DNA of 45,898 nucleotides from a virus: the UHGV virus genome UHGV-1375876, one strand, 5' to 3'. Positions 15,026-26,299 of this stretch are shown here, piece by piece. Every line of letters starts with the position of its first letter. Position 1 is the first letter of the stretch. The position numbers and the translations under genes are program-made. Under the pieces are notes generated by a model. The model made no database searches and was not told the DNA's origin. It saw only the letters and a list, made by a program, of their open reading frames with translations.

Positions 15026-15043
15026 CGAACCTTGTTCACGGTG
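15026..15043 (+). promoter_or_regulatory. conserved 18-mer CGAACCTTGTTCACGGTG, copy 2, upstream of the portal/head operon
   Basis: Identical to copies 1, 3 and 4. It lies 33 nt before the portal ATG. Confidence 0.55.
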
Positions 15044-15076
15044 TAAATTCTTCTTCGCTCATAGCATGATGCCCTC

Positions 15077-16627
15077 ATGAGCAAGAAGCGCACTTATCGC
15101 CACGCTACCTCCATAGCCCCGCAAGCCGTGCAGCCGTCGCGCCGTCTGAATCTCTCCCCGGACGTGCGCGGCGGCCTTGCTCAACCTTTGCCACCTACGC
15201 CCGAAGACATCAGCCGGTTGTACGGTCCTGCGAAGACGCTCGGCGCGCCCGAAGATGTGCAGCTTGCGATGGATGCGCGGCTTGCGGATTCCGGCGTCTA
15301 TTCCCTGCTCCAGCACTCGCTTGAGCTTGGGGTCGGGATTGCGCCGCAATTCATGGGCTACGGCGTCCTCCAGAACCTTGCCCAGAACGGCCTGATCCGT
15401 GCCTGCGTCGAGACGGTATCCGACGATATGACCCGAGCGTGGATTGAGTTCAAGCGCGAAGGGGAGGGCGGCGACGAATCATTGCTCACCGACCTTGCGC
15501 AGGCGTGCAAGCGGTTCGCCCTGCAACGCCTTTTCCATGAGGCGACCGAGCTTGTGGGGTACGAGGGTGGGGCCTTCCTTTTCATCGACACCGGGTCCGT
15601 CGGCCAAGAGCTGGAACGCCCGCTGAACGTCAGCCCGTATTCCGCCGAACTCAGGCCCGGCGGCGTGCTGCGCTTCGTCGTCATCGACCCCGTGAACGTC
15701 TTCCCCGGCGACTACAACAGCCTTTCGCCGCTTGAGCCGGACTACTTCCGCCCGCGTTGGTGGTGGGTGCTCGGGAAGCGGGTGCACGCCTCTCGCCTCA
15801 TCCGATTGGTTGCGAACGAATGCCCGGTGCTGCTGCGGCCCGCCTACAATTTCCTAGGCATCCCGCAGGCCCAGATCCTCTGGGATTACGTCCTGCATTT
15901 TCAGGAATGCCGCGCCGCCGAAGCCCGGCTACTGACCAAGTTTTCGCTGACCGTCTTCAAGACGAAGATGGAAGACATCCTGTACGCGGCCGGGGGCACG
16001 GCACAGATCGATACCCGCATCCGGTACATGATTCAGACCATGACCAATGACGGCGTGCTTGCCGTCGACAAAGAATCGGAAGACGTGGTCAAGCTGGAAA
16101 CCCCGCTTTCAGGCGTGACCGACATCGTGCGCCAGTCCCTTGAAATCCTCGCCGCCCTGAACCGAACCCCGGCGGTCAAGCTGCTCGGCATCAGCCCGTC
16201 AGGGTTCAATGCCACGGGCGAATCGGATATCCGTAACTATTACGATCATGTCAGGAGCCAGCAGGAGAAAGTCCTGCGCGACGGCATCAAGAAGGCGCTC
16301 GACTGTATCCAGCTCTACCTGCGCGGAACCATCGACCCTTCCGTGACTTTCGACTTCGCGCCCCTCGGCGAAGAGGATAGGGCGGCCCTTGCGACGCTCC
16401 AGAAGACCAAGGCCGACACCATCGCCGTCTACATGGATCGGGACATCATCTCTCAGGAAGAAGCCCGGCAATCCCTTGCCAGTGACCCGGACAGCGGCTT
16501 CTCCGACATCGACCCGGCGGAAGTGCCGCAGGGCAACGGAATGCCTGACGCCCTGCCGGAAACCGGGGAAGAGGGATTGATGCCCGACATCGACGATGTG
16601 GACAAGGCCGGGGCCGTCTATGGCTAA
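15077..16627 (+). CDS. portal protein (putative)
   Basis: 516 aa. It follows the large terminase and precedes the head morphogenesis protein. Acidic C-terminus. Confidence 0.65.
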   Translation: MSKKRTYRHATSIAPQAVQPSRRLNLSPDVRGGLAQPLPPTPEDISRLYGPAKTLGAPEDVQLAMDARLADSGVYSLLQHSLELGVGIAPQFMGYGVLQNLAQNGLIRACVETVSDDMTRAWIEFKREGEGGDESLLTDLAQACKRFALQRLFHEATELVGYEGGAFLFIDTGSVGQELERPLNVSPYSAELRPGGVLRFVVIDPVNVFPGDYNSLSPLEPDYFRPRWWWVLGKRVHASRLIRLVANECPVLLRPAYNFLGIPQAQILWDYVLHFQECRAAEARLLTKFSLTVFKTKMEDILYAAGGTAQIDTRIRYMIQTMTNDGVLAVDKESEDVVKLETPLSGVTDIVRQSLEILAALNRTPAVKLLGISPSGFNATGESDIRNYYDHVRSQQEKVLRDGIKKALDCIQLYLRGTIDPSVTFDFAPLGEEDRAALATLQKTKADTIAVYMDRDIISQEEARQSLASDPDSGFSDIDPAEVPQGNGMPDALPETGEEGLMPDIDDVDKAGAVYG

Positions 16628-17402
16628 GGTCATCCGCGCCATCAAGCCCAACGCGGGTATTCGGGCGAAATACCGGAAGCGGCTGGTATCTCTCCTCGAC
16701 GAGATGCAGCGTTCCGTCGTGTGGTGGCTGCGCGCTGAGTATCGGCAGCAGGAAACTCGGATAGCACAAGATGCATCCCCGGCGAGTGACCTGCAAGACC
16801 GCCTCAAGCGCCTGTTTCGGTACTGGACGAAGCGGTGGAGGGAAAGCGCGGAGAGTTTCGCACGGGAGTTCGTGGGCAGTACGAGGCGGCGCACGGAAGC
16901 CAGCATGAGGCAGGCCCTCAAGGATGCGGGCTTTACGGTGAGGATGGATAGAAGCAGGGCCATGAGCGACGTTGCGCGGGCTCTCTTCGAGGAAAATGTC
17001 AACCTCATCAAGTCCATCCCGCAGCACTATTTTACGGAAGTGACGGGGCTAGTACAGCGTTCAGCCAGCATGGGCCGGGACGTGGAGTTCCTCACCGACG
17101 AACTGCACAAGCGGTACGAGATTACCCGGCGCCGGGCAGAATTCATTGCCCGCGACCAGTCCAATAAGGCGACCGAGGCCCTTAAGCGGGTACAGGACAA
17201 GGAACTCGGCATCACCGAAGGCATCTGGGTACATGTGCCGGGAAAGAAAACGAGCCGCCATACCCACCAGCTCATGAATGGGAAAAAGTTCGTCATCACG
17301 GAAGGTCTTTACGACTCTGACGTGAAGCGCAAAGTGCTTTGCGGTGAGCTTCCGGGGTGCCAATGCACGTACCGGGCCGTTATTCCTGAATTTGGAGACT
17401 AG
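16620..17402 (+). CDS. minor head/head morphogenesis protein (Mu F/SPP1 gp7-like)
   Basis: Its ATG overlaps the portal stop. Length of about 260 aa, and the order terminase, portal, this gene, protease is typical. Confidence 0.55.
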   Translation: MAKVIRAIKPNAGIRAKYRKRLVSLLDEMQRSVVWWLRAEYRQQETRIAQDASPASDLQDRLKRLFRYWTKRWRESAESFAREFVGSTRRRTEASMRQALKDAGFTVRMDRSRAMSDVARALFEENVNLIKSIPQHYFTEVTGLVQRSASMGRDVEFLTDELHKRYEITRRRAEFIARDQSNKATEALKRVQDKELGITEGIWVHVPGKKTSRHTHQLMNGKKFVITEGLYDSDVKRKVLCGELPGCQCTYRAVIPEFGD

Positions 17403-19118
<1,716 letters not shown>

Positions 19119-19129
19119 GAGGCACACCA

Positions 19130-19710
19130 TGCCTTTGCAGTCCCAAGTCAATCTCTCCGTCGCTCCCGGCGTTGCGGGCGATAAAGCGACGCCCGACCAG
19201 AGCATCTACACCCCGCTCAACCCTCTGGCGGCGGTGGCCCTCCCTGTGGGGCGCTTCGTCTTCCCTGTCGTGGATTCCGGCGTGATCGACAACACGCAGG
19301 CCACCAACGTTGCGGGCACCGCCACAGCCGTGCTCGGCTTCGTGGAGCGCGTCATCAACTACGTGAACTATGAAATTTTTTCTGACGGCACCCTGACCGT
19401 CCCGGCAGGCTCGAACCTCACCGTGGCCGTGAAGGGCGACTATTGGGCCGTTTCCACGACCAAGGCCACGGTGGGGCAGGCCGTCCTTGCCTCCACCGCT
19501 GACGGTTCAATCAGCACCGGGACCCCCGACGGGACGCACCTCGATACGGGGTGGGTCGTCAAGACGCCAGGTGAAATCGGGGAACCGATCATCATAAGCA
19601 ATTGGGGACAGGCCGCAGCGTCGGGATCCGGCGGCGACACCTCGAACCTGATGCAGAAAGATTTCAGCAACGCCACCGGAGCGCTCGGCGCAGCCGCCGC
19701 CGGAGCGTAG
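19130..19710 (+). CDS. head structural protein (decoration or cement-like, putative)
   Basis: AGGAGG Shine-Dalgarno. 193 aa, Gly/Ala/Thr-rich, lying between the scaffold and the major capsid gene. Confidence 0.4.
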
Positions 19711-19720
19711 GAGGTACTAC

Positions 19721-20734
19721 ATGAATCCGACTTTTGAACAGGCCAAGCGCTACGGCTTTATCTTCCCGGGCGCCCGCATGTGGGCAACCCCGGAGAACCG
19801 CGCCCGCATTGCGCAGGACGCCGCGCTCATCACTACTCCGAACACGACCGTCCCCGCCGAGCTTCTGGCGTATATCGACCCGATGGTCATCGAAATCCTG
19901 ACCGCGCCCCGGCGCGCCCGCGAAATCTTCGGCGAAGAGAAGAAGGGCGACTGGACGACCCCGTACATGAAGTGGCGCGTCGACGAAATGACCGGAAAGA
20001 CCGAGCCGTATTCCGACTATGCCAACGGCACGACTTCGGGCGTGAACTCAGAATGGCAGACCCGCGTGCAGTACGTCTTCCAGACGTCCATCACCTACGG
20101 CGATTTTGAAGTGGACATGTCGAGCACGGCGAAAGTCAACCTGGCTGCCTCCAAGCAGCGCGCGGCGGCCAACGTCATCGACATCGACCAGAACCGTTTC
20201 TACCTGCTCGGCGTCGCCGGGAAGGAAATCTACGGTATCCTCAACGATCCGAACCTCCCTGCTGCGATCACCGCAGGGGCCACGGGCACGGGCGGCTCCA
20301 CGAAATGGGCCGACAAGACCACGGTGCAGATCTACAATGACGTCCTCGCCCTGTTCGCGCAGCTTTCCGAGCAGTCCAGCGGCCTTATTGACAAGGACAC
20401 GCCCCTCAAGCTCTGCCTCTCCCCCGAACTGGCCGTTCGCCTCGGCGCGGCTACCGATTTCAACGTGTCCGTGCTGGATATGTTGAAGCGGTACTTCACC
20501 CGCATTGACATCGTGACCGTACCCGAGCTGCATAGCATGACCGCCGGGGAAACCATATTTCTCATCGCCCCCGAAGTGAACGGGCAGCGATCCGGCACGC
20601 TGGCCTTCGGAGAAAAGATGCGTGCCGGACGCGTCGTGCCCGACCTGTCCAGCTTCCGTCAGAAGTTCGTCGGCACCACCTACGGCGGTATCGTGCTCAT
20701 GCCCTTTGCCTTTGCGCAAATGACTGGAGCCTAG
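19721..20734 (+). CDS. major capsid protein
   Basis: 337 aa with a GGAGGT Shine-Dalgarno, the last gene of the head block, followed by a strong terminator. Confidence 0.65.
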   Translation: MNPTFEQAKRYGFIFPGARMWATPENRARIAQDAALITTPNTTVPAELLAYIDPMVIEILTAPRRAREIFGEEKKGDWTTPYMKWRVDEMTGKTEPYSDYANGTTSGVNSEWQTRVQYVFQTSITYGDFEVDMSSTAKVNLAASKQRAAANVIDIDQNRFYLLGVAGKEIYGILNDPNLPAAITAGATGTGGSTKWADKTTVQIYNDVLALFAQLSEQSSGLIDKDTPLKLCLSPELAVRLGAATDFNVSVLDMLKRYFTRIDIVTVPELHSMTAGETIFLIAPEVNGQRSGTLAFGEKMRAGRVVPDLSSFRQKFVGTTYGGIVLMPFAFAQMTGA

Positions 20735-20756
20735 TCCCATCCTTCCCTCCATGCGA

Positions 20757-20795
20757 AAGCCCCAACCGCCTGTTTAACGGTTGGGGCTTTCTTTA
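20757..20795 (+). terminator. rho-independent terminator after the capsid gene
   Basis: Hairpin GCCCCAACCG-cctgtttaa-CGGTTGGGGC followed by TTTCTTT. Confidence 0.7.
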
Positions 20796-20806
20796 CGTAT
20801 CAGGCG

Positions 20807-21028
20807 TCATTTTCCAAGCTGCTGTATATTTGCGTCCAGCCACATCTCGACTGCTTCCCGTACTACCTGTGAGCGTAGGATACCCCTATCCGTACATATA
20901 TCGTTCAGCCGTTCCCAGACATGATCCGGCATAGATACAGTCTTTACTGTTGCACGATCTTCAACCTTTTTTTTACGTCCAGATCCTTTGCGGCGGCCTC
21001 CGTGTTTTTTTTCTTGCGCGTCACTCAT
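20807..21028 (-). CDS. ribbon-helix-helix (CopG/Arc-like) DNA-binding protein with a K/R-rich N-terminal tail
   Basis: RHH-like core VKTVSMPDHVWERLNDICTDRGILRSQVVREAVEMWL. It is the second gene of a two-gene unit with 21143..21647. Confidence 0.55.
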   Translation of the reverse strand: MSDAQEKKHGGRRKGSGRKKKVEDRATVKTVSMPDHVWERLNDICTDRGILRSQVVREAVEMWLDANIQQLGK

Positions 21029-21142
21029 CCGTTGCGTCTCCCTTCATCAAAAAGCTATCTCCTTCCCATTGGCTGCGCCAGAATTATCCTTATTGAGTTG
21101 ACTGTCTTCGAGCTGAAATCGATAAGATCGTCGATGTCTATC

Positions 21143-21647
21143 TTAGTCTTCCTCTTCATCGTCTGCCTCCGTTGACGCTTGCAGCTTTATGAACTCGGGA
21201 AGAACCGCGATACTTCCACATTCGTCATCCATTCCAACAGCCTTGAAGCCCAACTTACGGGCAAAGGCGATACGCATGGCCTGAGCCTCCCAACCCGCGT
21301 CGTCCTCGTCCATTCCGAGAAGGTCTGCCCAGTCTTCCCGTTCTTGAAAGTCCAGTTCTTCCGAAACCACGGCTTGCCAGCATAGATCAAAATGGATTTC
21401 GTCTATCCCGCGCTCTTCCATAATTTCACGTAGAGCCGTTCCCGCAGCACCGTCATCAAGATACGGAAGGTCTTCCGTAAAAAAGATATCCTTGACGTCT
21501 ACTTCGCACTGGTAGACGTAATCTCCGTATCCCTTTGCTGTTCCATACGTGCGGGCAAAGAACATCGCTCCGAAGTTATACCCTAACCCTGTTCCTGAGT
21601 TAGATATAGCCAAATGTTCAATCATGCTTCCGTGGTACAGCTTCATG
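21143..21647 (-). CDS. Arr-like/PARP-like (H-Y-E class) mini ADP-ribosyltransferase domain fused to an acidic C-terminal domain
   Basis: The N-terminal MKLYHGS...GYNFGAMFFAR...GDYVYQCEV aligns with the HGT, YFSA and GYIYIVEP motifs of Arr and PARP catalytic cores. The C-terminus is very acidic (EADDEEED). AAAGGAGAAG Shine-Dalgarno. Confidence 0.4.
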
Positions 21648-21690
21648 GTGGCTTCTCCTTTACCCTTTCGTTGAAAATACAATAGCACCA

Positions 21691-21724
21691 TTTTTTGAAA
21701 AAATAAACAATTTTTTCAAAAAAA
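21691..21724. promoter_or_regulatory. AT-rich perfect inverted repeat TTTTTTGAAAAAA-N7-TTTTTTCAAAAAAA upstream of the ART-like gene (candidate operator)
   Basis: 13/14-bp arms are exact reverse complements. It lies 45-75 nt upstream of the ART start. Confidence 0.5.
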
Positions 21725-21769
21725 GTTTTATCTTTTTTAACTCGTCAGTAACAGAAGGGAGAGGCAGAA

Positions 21770-21803
21770 AAACAAAAAGGGGCGGCTCTTAAAGCCACCC
21801 CTT
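21770..21803 (-). terminator. rho-independent terminator after gene 21825..22136
   Basis: On the minus strand the hairpin GGGGTGGCT-ttaag-AGCCGCCCC is followed by TTTTTGTTTTT. Confidence 0.65.
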
Positions 21804-21824
21804 TTCTACGATATTCTTTCTTTA

Positions 21825-22136
21825 TTAGAATCCGAGCCAGCCGAAGCCCTTGGCCATAACGGCGACAAGTGCAAACCCTATGGCGATTTGCCATTTCAAA
21901 AGATCATACTTGACCTTCAACACTTCAGCACGAATTTTTTCGATCTCCGCTTGCACTTTCAGGTCCAATTCCCGAATTTCTTTTTGCAACCGCAGTTCCG
22001 TTTCGCGCAGATCTCCCTTGGTGGCACTGGCGTTCCTTTGGCTCTCGTCAAAGCGTTCCAGTACTTCCACGATGGCTTTTGCGGCTTCCTCGCCGACGGC
22101 CTTTTCAAGCTTTTTTCCATCATCGAACAGCAACAT
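21825..22136 (-). CDS. coiled-coil protein with a C-terminal transmembrane anchor
   Basis: GGAGGGA Shine-Dalgarno. Heptad-rich sequence and the hydrophobic C-terminal tail LLKWQIAIGFALVAVMAKGFGWLGF. Confidence 0.45.
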   Translation of the reverse strand: MLLFDDGKKLEKAVGEEAAKAIVEVLERFDESQRNASATKGDLRETELRLQKEIRELDLKVQAEIEKIRAEVLKVKYDLLKWQIAIGFALVAVMAKGFGWLGF

Positions 22137-22191
22137 GGGGGAATCCCTCCGTTGGTGAAGTCTTATATGATTCATGCAGGCTTGCCAAGGA

Positions 22192-23112
22192 TTACCCTAG
22201 CATCAACCTGTTTGCCGTCTTCGCGGCACGGATTGCCGCTCTCATTTCCGAGATTCCCGCGTCAATCCACGTCTGGGCGTTGTACGAGTTGGATTGCAGG
22301 ATGCCGAGGAGCGGGTCTTTCGAGATGTTCTGCCGGGAACATATCCGGTTCAGCAATTCGGGATAAGTGCTCTCCTTGACGCGCAGGAGCTCGTTGACGA
22401 ATTGGTGCAGCCGGGAGCGGGTTTCCCCCGCGAATTCGATCCATTCCTCTTCGAGGCGGTCGAGGGCCTTCATGCGGTCGGCGTAAATTGAAGAGGCGGG
22501 AAGCACCGGGGTACGGGCGGGGGCGGGCACAGCGGGGAGAGCGTCAATCTTTGCCTGTACCCACTGAATAGCCTCCTTAACCTGCGCTACGGTCAGGGCG
22601 TCCACAGAAGTGACGCCGAAATGGGCGTTTACCTGCGCACGGGCCGAGGCGTAGTGAATCGGGGCCATGCCCACCCATGTGTTGATGATGGCGGTAAGCG
22701 CCTTACGTTCCGGGTCGGTACGCTTGGAAATGGGAGAAGGGGTGGGGAATGGAACGGGCTTGACTTCATATCGTCCCGTCTTACGGATGGATGGCACGAC
22801 TTCCGAAGCAATCCAGTTGGTGAAAGCGTCCGCTTCTGGCTTATTGGAGCGGAAGGCCAGTTTGTACACAGCGGGCTCAATTATGGCTCTAACCTGTTGA
22901 TTTCCTGAGGGGGTGGTAAGTTTTACCAACCCTTTCCAATCAGCAGGAATGGCATCAAGGGTATGCCCTGTCCAACCGATATTGAGCGCAGAGCAAATAT
23001 CTCTGGCGACGAACCAGAGCGTTTCGCCTTTAAGTTGGGTACGGATAGGGTGATTTTGAAACTGAAAGGGAGGTACGGGGGATACTTCGGAGAGAAGTTC
23101 GGCTTGAGACAT
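22192..23112 (-). CDS. Bro-N domain protein (phage antirepressor-like)
   Basis: Bro-N signature ..GETLWFVARDICSALNIGW..AFTNWIASEVVPSIRKTG. TAGGAG Shine-Dalgarno at the internal ATG. Confidence 0.6.
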   Translation of the reverse strand: MSQAELLSEVSPVPPFQFQNHPIRTQLKGETLWFVARDICSALNIGWTGHTLDAIPADWKGLVKLTTPSGNQQVRAIIEPAVYKLAFRSNKPEADAFTNWIASEVVPSIRKTGRYEVKPVPFPTPSPISKRTDPERKALTAIINTWVGMAPIHYASARAQVNAHFGVTSVDALTVAQVKEAIQWVQAKIDALPAVPAPARTPVLPASSIYADRMKALDRLEEEWIEFAGETRSRLHQFVNELLRVKESTYPELLNRICSRQNISKDPLLGILQSNSYNAQTWIDAGISEMRAAIRAAKTANRLMLG

Positions 23113-23624
23113 GGTAAAACTCCTATGTTTGATCTGAATTGCGCTTTTCAAAAAAAGAAAAGCGCCGGGTGTTCAGAACGGCCATAGGAACCGCTGGCGG
23201 CCTTTAGCTTTCGCTTGGACATATCCGCCACACCCGGCAAACATTGGATGCAATCATAGCCCAAAAGACAGCCAAGAAAAATCTTGACTTTCATAAAAGG
23301 GCACAAAAAAGCGCCATGCTGTCGGGTGGCTTACCGCCTATGGTCGGGGTTCTGAAGCCCGTGCACAAAAGACAGCACAAAACTCTGAAAATGTAAAGAG
23401 AAAAGCAGTGGCGTTGCCCGCATCTGGATGTTCTTCATCTGCATTGGCGGACAACGCCACGTTGGAAGTTTTACTTGTTATCGTATTTCAAGGCCGTAGC
23501 CCGGATTCGATCCGCAAAGGGAATAATATCTTCCATCCCAGATTCTTTACCTTTTTCGACAATTCAGCAATTCTTTCCGAAAAATCCATGGTCCTCTCTC
23601 CCTGTTCGGATTCAAGTTAATATA

Positions 23625-24224
23625 TTAAGATTTATATATTTTCTTATAGGTTTTCCAAGAATACAGTCCGGAAAGGATAGTGAGGATTCCCCATAACAAG
23701 GCCCCATTCGTATTGGGCGGCGTTTGGAGGGCACAACTCAGCCACAATACGGCTAGCACTACTGTTATCAGCACTCCAATGATAAGGGCAATTTTTTTAG
23801 GGGGCGTCTGAGAACGTTCATGATGTATAAGCGGGTTTGGTTCTCCACGCTCTTGGGCCAATTGGTCATCAAAAAGATAGGCACGGATAACCTCCATCAT
23901 GGGGCTATTTACTTTTGCCAATGCCTTATTTCCATTTTTGAACTCAATAATGACGGTAGACTCAGTTGTCTTGCCTCCAGCTACCGCACCCGCAACCGCT
24001 CCGATGCCTCCAAGCAAGACGCCGCCGACAAGCGCGCCCCCCAAGGTCCCTCCGAGTTTTTTTACCGATTCCTCGTTGGCTACTTCACAAGAGGCAATAC
24101 TGGAAAGAAAAAGTTCCTTTGCTCCAAACATTTTTGAAGAGCAACGCAACTGGTTTTTATTTTTAATGTAAATATATTCTTCTTTCCCGTAGTCCCCTGC
24201 CAGAAATTTGATGTAGGTAGCCAT
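23625..24224 (-). CDS. membrane protein with a glycine-zipper segment and C-terminal TM helices (accessory gene)
   Basis: GGTLGGALVGGVLLGGIGAVAGAVAGG followed by two hydrophobic helices. It is distinctly AT-rich relative to the rest of the genome. AAGGGGGATGATG Shine-Dalgarno. Confidence 0.5.
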   Translation of the reverse strand: MATYIKFLAGDYGKEEYIYIKNKNQLRCSSKMFGAKELFLSSIASCEVANEESVKKLGGTLGGALVGGVLLGGIGAVAGAVAGGKTTESTVIIEFKNGNKALAKVNSPMMEVIRAYLFDDQLAQERGEPNPLIHHERSQTPPKKIALIIGVLITVVLAVLWLSCALQTPPNTNGALLWGILTILSGLYSWKTYKKIYKS

Positions 24225-24329
24225 ACATCATCCCCCTTATATTATAGATGAGGCTATCATGGCATAGGCCGTTCCAAAAATCCACCGCCGCCGCCCTCCG
24301 CCCCGAAAGGGGCTTTTCTTTTGCCTGTA

Positions 24330-24347
24330 CGAACCTTGTTCACGGTG
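24330..24347 (+). promoter_or_regulatory. conserved 18-mer CGAACCTTGTTCACGGTG, copy 3, upstream of the Bro-N/Rha genes
   Basis: Identical 18-mer. Confidence 0.5.
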
Positions 24348-24385
24348 TGCCCCCACGCCGCCATGCGGCATCATCTCCAAAACAC

Positions 24386-24938
24386 TATGGAGGTGCAGCG
24401 ATGGAAAATTCCCCCCCTGGCTCTTTTTGAGCATGAAAAGTTCGGTTCCCTTCGCGTCGTCAGAAGCGATCAGGGGGCCCAGTGGTTCGTGGCGAAAGAC
24501 GTGTGCGGGTGTCTCGGGCTGGATACCAGTAACCTTTCAAAAATGTTGGATGAAGACGAGCTTTCGACCTACCCCGTACAGTATACGGATCAGGTCAGGA
24601 ATCTTTCCGTCGTATCCGAACCGGGCCTGTATTCCCTCATCCTGCGTTCCCGCAAGCCCGAAGCCAAGGCGTTCAAGCGGTGGGTGACGCATGAGGTCAT
24701 CCCTTCTATCCGCAAGACTGGCGCGTATGCGACGAACAATGCCCTGACCATGCCGAACTTCTCCAATCCGGCGGAAGCCGCGCGTGCGTGGGCTGACGAA
24801 TACGAAGCCAAGCAAAGGAGTGCTCTTATCTTATTGAAGAGAATGAGTAAGCCCCCGTTCCTTGACAGGTTCGGGGGCTCATGCTATCGAAAGGTTGTCA
24901 CACCAAGAGCCGATAGCATCGGTCTGGTCCTTCAATGA
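24386..24938 (+). CDS. Bro-N domain protein with a degenerate C-terminal region
   Basis: LALFEHEKFGSLRVV..AQWFVAKDVCGCLGL..AFKRWVTHEVIPSIRKTG. The linker MPNFSNPAEAARAW matches the Rha gene linker LPNFRDPIAAAEAW, but the following domain appears truncated. Confidence 0.55.
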
Positions 24939-24998
24939 GGCGAATGTGTTGGAGCCTCATCGTCGGTAGAACCAACCAACACAAGAAGGATAGATGAT

Positions 24999-25811
24999 AT
25001 GAATGATTCTGTCAAGTCTCTCGTTGAAGTAAGCACTCGCACCATCAATGGCAAGGAGGTCCTCGCCGTAACCTCGCTTCAGGTGGCGGCGCACTTCGGG
25101 AAGAAACACAAGGACGTTTTGAGGGACATCCGTGTAACCATTGAAAAATGCTCACAGGAGTTTAACGAGCGCAACTTTGCGCCCGTTGAGTACACGGATG
25201 CCAAGGGCGAAAAACGCCCCATGTATCTGCTTTCCAAAGACGGGTTCATGATGGTCGCGATGGCGTACATCACGCCCGAGGCCATGCGTATCAAGGAAGC
25301 CTATATCGCCCGCTTCAACGAAATGGAAGAACAGCTTCGCACCACGTCGCCGCTTCTCCCCAACTTCCGCGACCCCATCGCGGCAGCCGAGGCGTGGATT
25401 GTGGCGGAACGCGCGCGGCTGGCGGAACAGGCTCGTGCCGACTATTATTACCAGCGCACCAAGGCCGAAATCGGTTCACGCCGCGAGGCCACCGCGATGG
25501 CAACCGCCTCCGCAGCCGTACGCAAGGCTGCGGCTCTTGAGAACGAACTTGGGCGGGGCAGGGACTACAAGTCCGTGAAGGGCATCCCGTGGTTCCTTGA
25601 CATCTTCGCAGATACGCCAGCCGCGTACTCCGTCGCGGGACGCAAGCTTTCCGATATGTCCCGCCGTATGGATTACGAAATCCGGGAAATCGAGGACAGC
25701 CGTTTCGGGAGCGTCAAGGCGTACCACGTCGACGTGATCGAAGCCTTCCGGCTGGCCCTGAAAAATGACTTGAACATGCTGGGCAAGTATCGCCTTCGCC
25801 GGGCGGCATAG
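24999..25811 (+). CDS. Rha-family phage regulatory protein with a KilA-C/ANT-like C-terminal domain
   Basis: Rha core VTSLQVAAHFGKKHKDVLRDIR. AAGGA Shine-Dalgarno. Confidence 0.65.
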   Translation: MNDSVKSLVEVSTRTINGKEVLAVTSLQVAAHFGKKHKDVLRDIRVTIEKCSQEFNERNFAPVEYTDAKGEKRPMYLLSKDGFMMVAMAYITPEAMRIKEAYIARFNEMEEQLRTTSPLLPNFRDPIAAAEAWIVAERARLAEQARADYYYQRTKAEIGSRREATAMATASAAVRKAAALENELGRGRDYKSVKGIPWFLDIFADTPAAYSVAGRKLSDMSRRMDYEIREIEDSRFGSVKAYHVDVIEAFRLALKNDLNMLGKYRLRRAA

Positions 25812-25814
25812 CCT

Positions 25815-25832
25815 CGAACCTTGTTCACGGTG
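25815..25832 (+). promoter_or_regulatory. conserved 18-mer CGAACCTTGTTCACGGTG, copy 4, upstream of the head-completion and tail operon
   Basis: Identical 18-mer, 50 nt before the ATG at 25883. Confidence 0.55.
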
Positions 25833-25882
25833 ATTTTTCCCCGTCCTTTTTGCCATGATGACCAAAACAACGGAGGACAGAT

Positions 25883-26296
25883 ATGGCTAGACCCAAAAAG
25901 AATACCGCCCCGGAAACAACGCAGGCGACGAAGACGGATACAGTGATGGTTGCCCTGAACCGGACGACCGGGATCACGTTCCCCATGCCCGACGGACGCA
26001 AGGTGCTCATCGAAGGCAACGCCGCCAGCCTGCGCGGAAAGGAAAAGGGCGTGCTGCCCGTGGGCGCGTTCGGGCTGACGCGGGTGAACGCCGACGATTG
26101 GGCGTACATTGAAAAGACCTATGGGCCGCACATGGAAATCTTCAAGTCCGGGCTTATCTTCGCGCAGGCGCGCAAGGCCGACGCCGTGGACGAGGCCGAC
26201 GAAAGGGCGGAACTGCGCAACGGGCTGGAGCCCGTGGATGTGGAGAACGACCCCAAGGCGCAGACCGAACCGCTCCAGAGCAAGGCGGGGTTCTAA
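25883..26296 (+). CDS. hypothetical virion protein (first gene of the head-tail joining block)
   Basis: GGAGGA Shine-Dalgarno. 137 aa. Confidence 0.4.
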   Translation: MARPKKNTAPETTQATKTDTVMVALNRTTGITFPMPDGRKVLIEGNAASLRGKEKGVLPVGAFGLTRVNADDWAYIEKTYGPHMEIFKSGLIFAQARKADAVDEADERAELRNGLEPVDVENDPKAQTEPLQSKAGF

Positions 26297-26299
26297 ACC

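Noticed and set aside
24399-24428. 9-codon ORF MENSPPGSF with an apparent GGAGGTG Shine-Dalgarno
   Set aside because: The apparent Shine-Dalgarno is simply the ATG GAG GTG start codons of the Bro-N gene in another frame.
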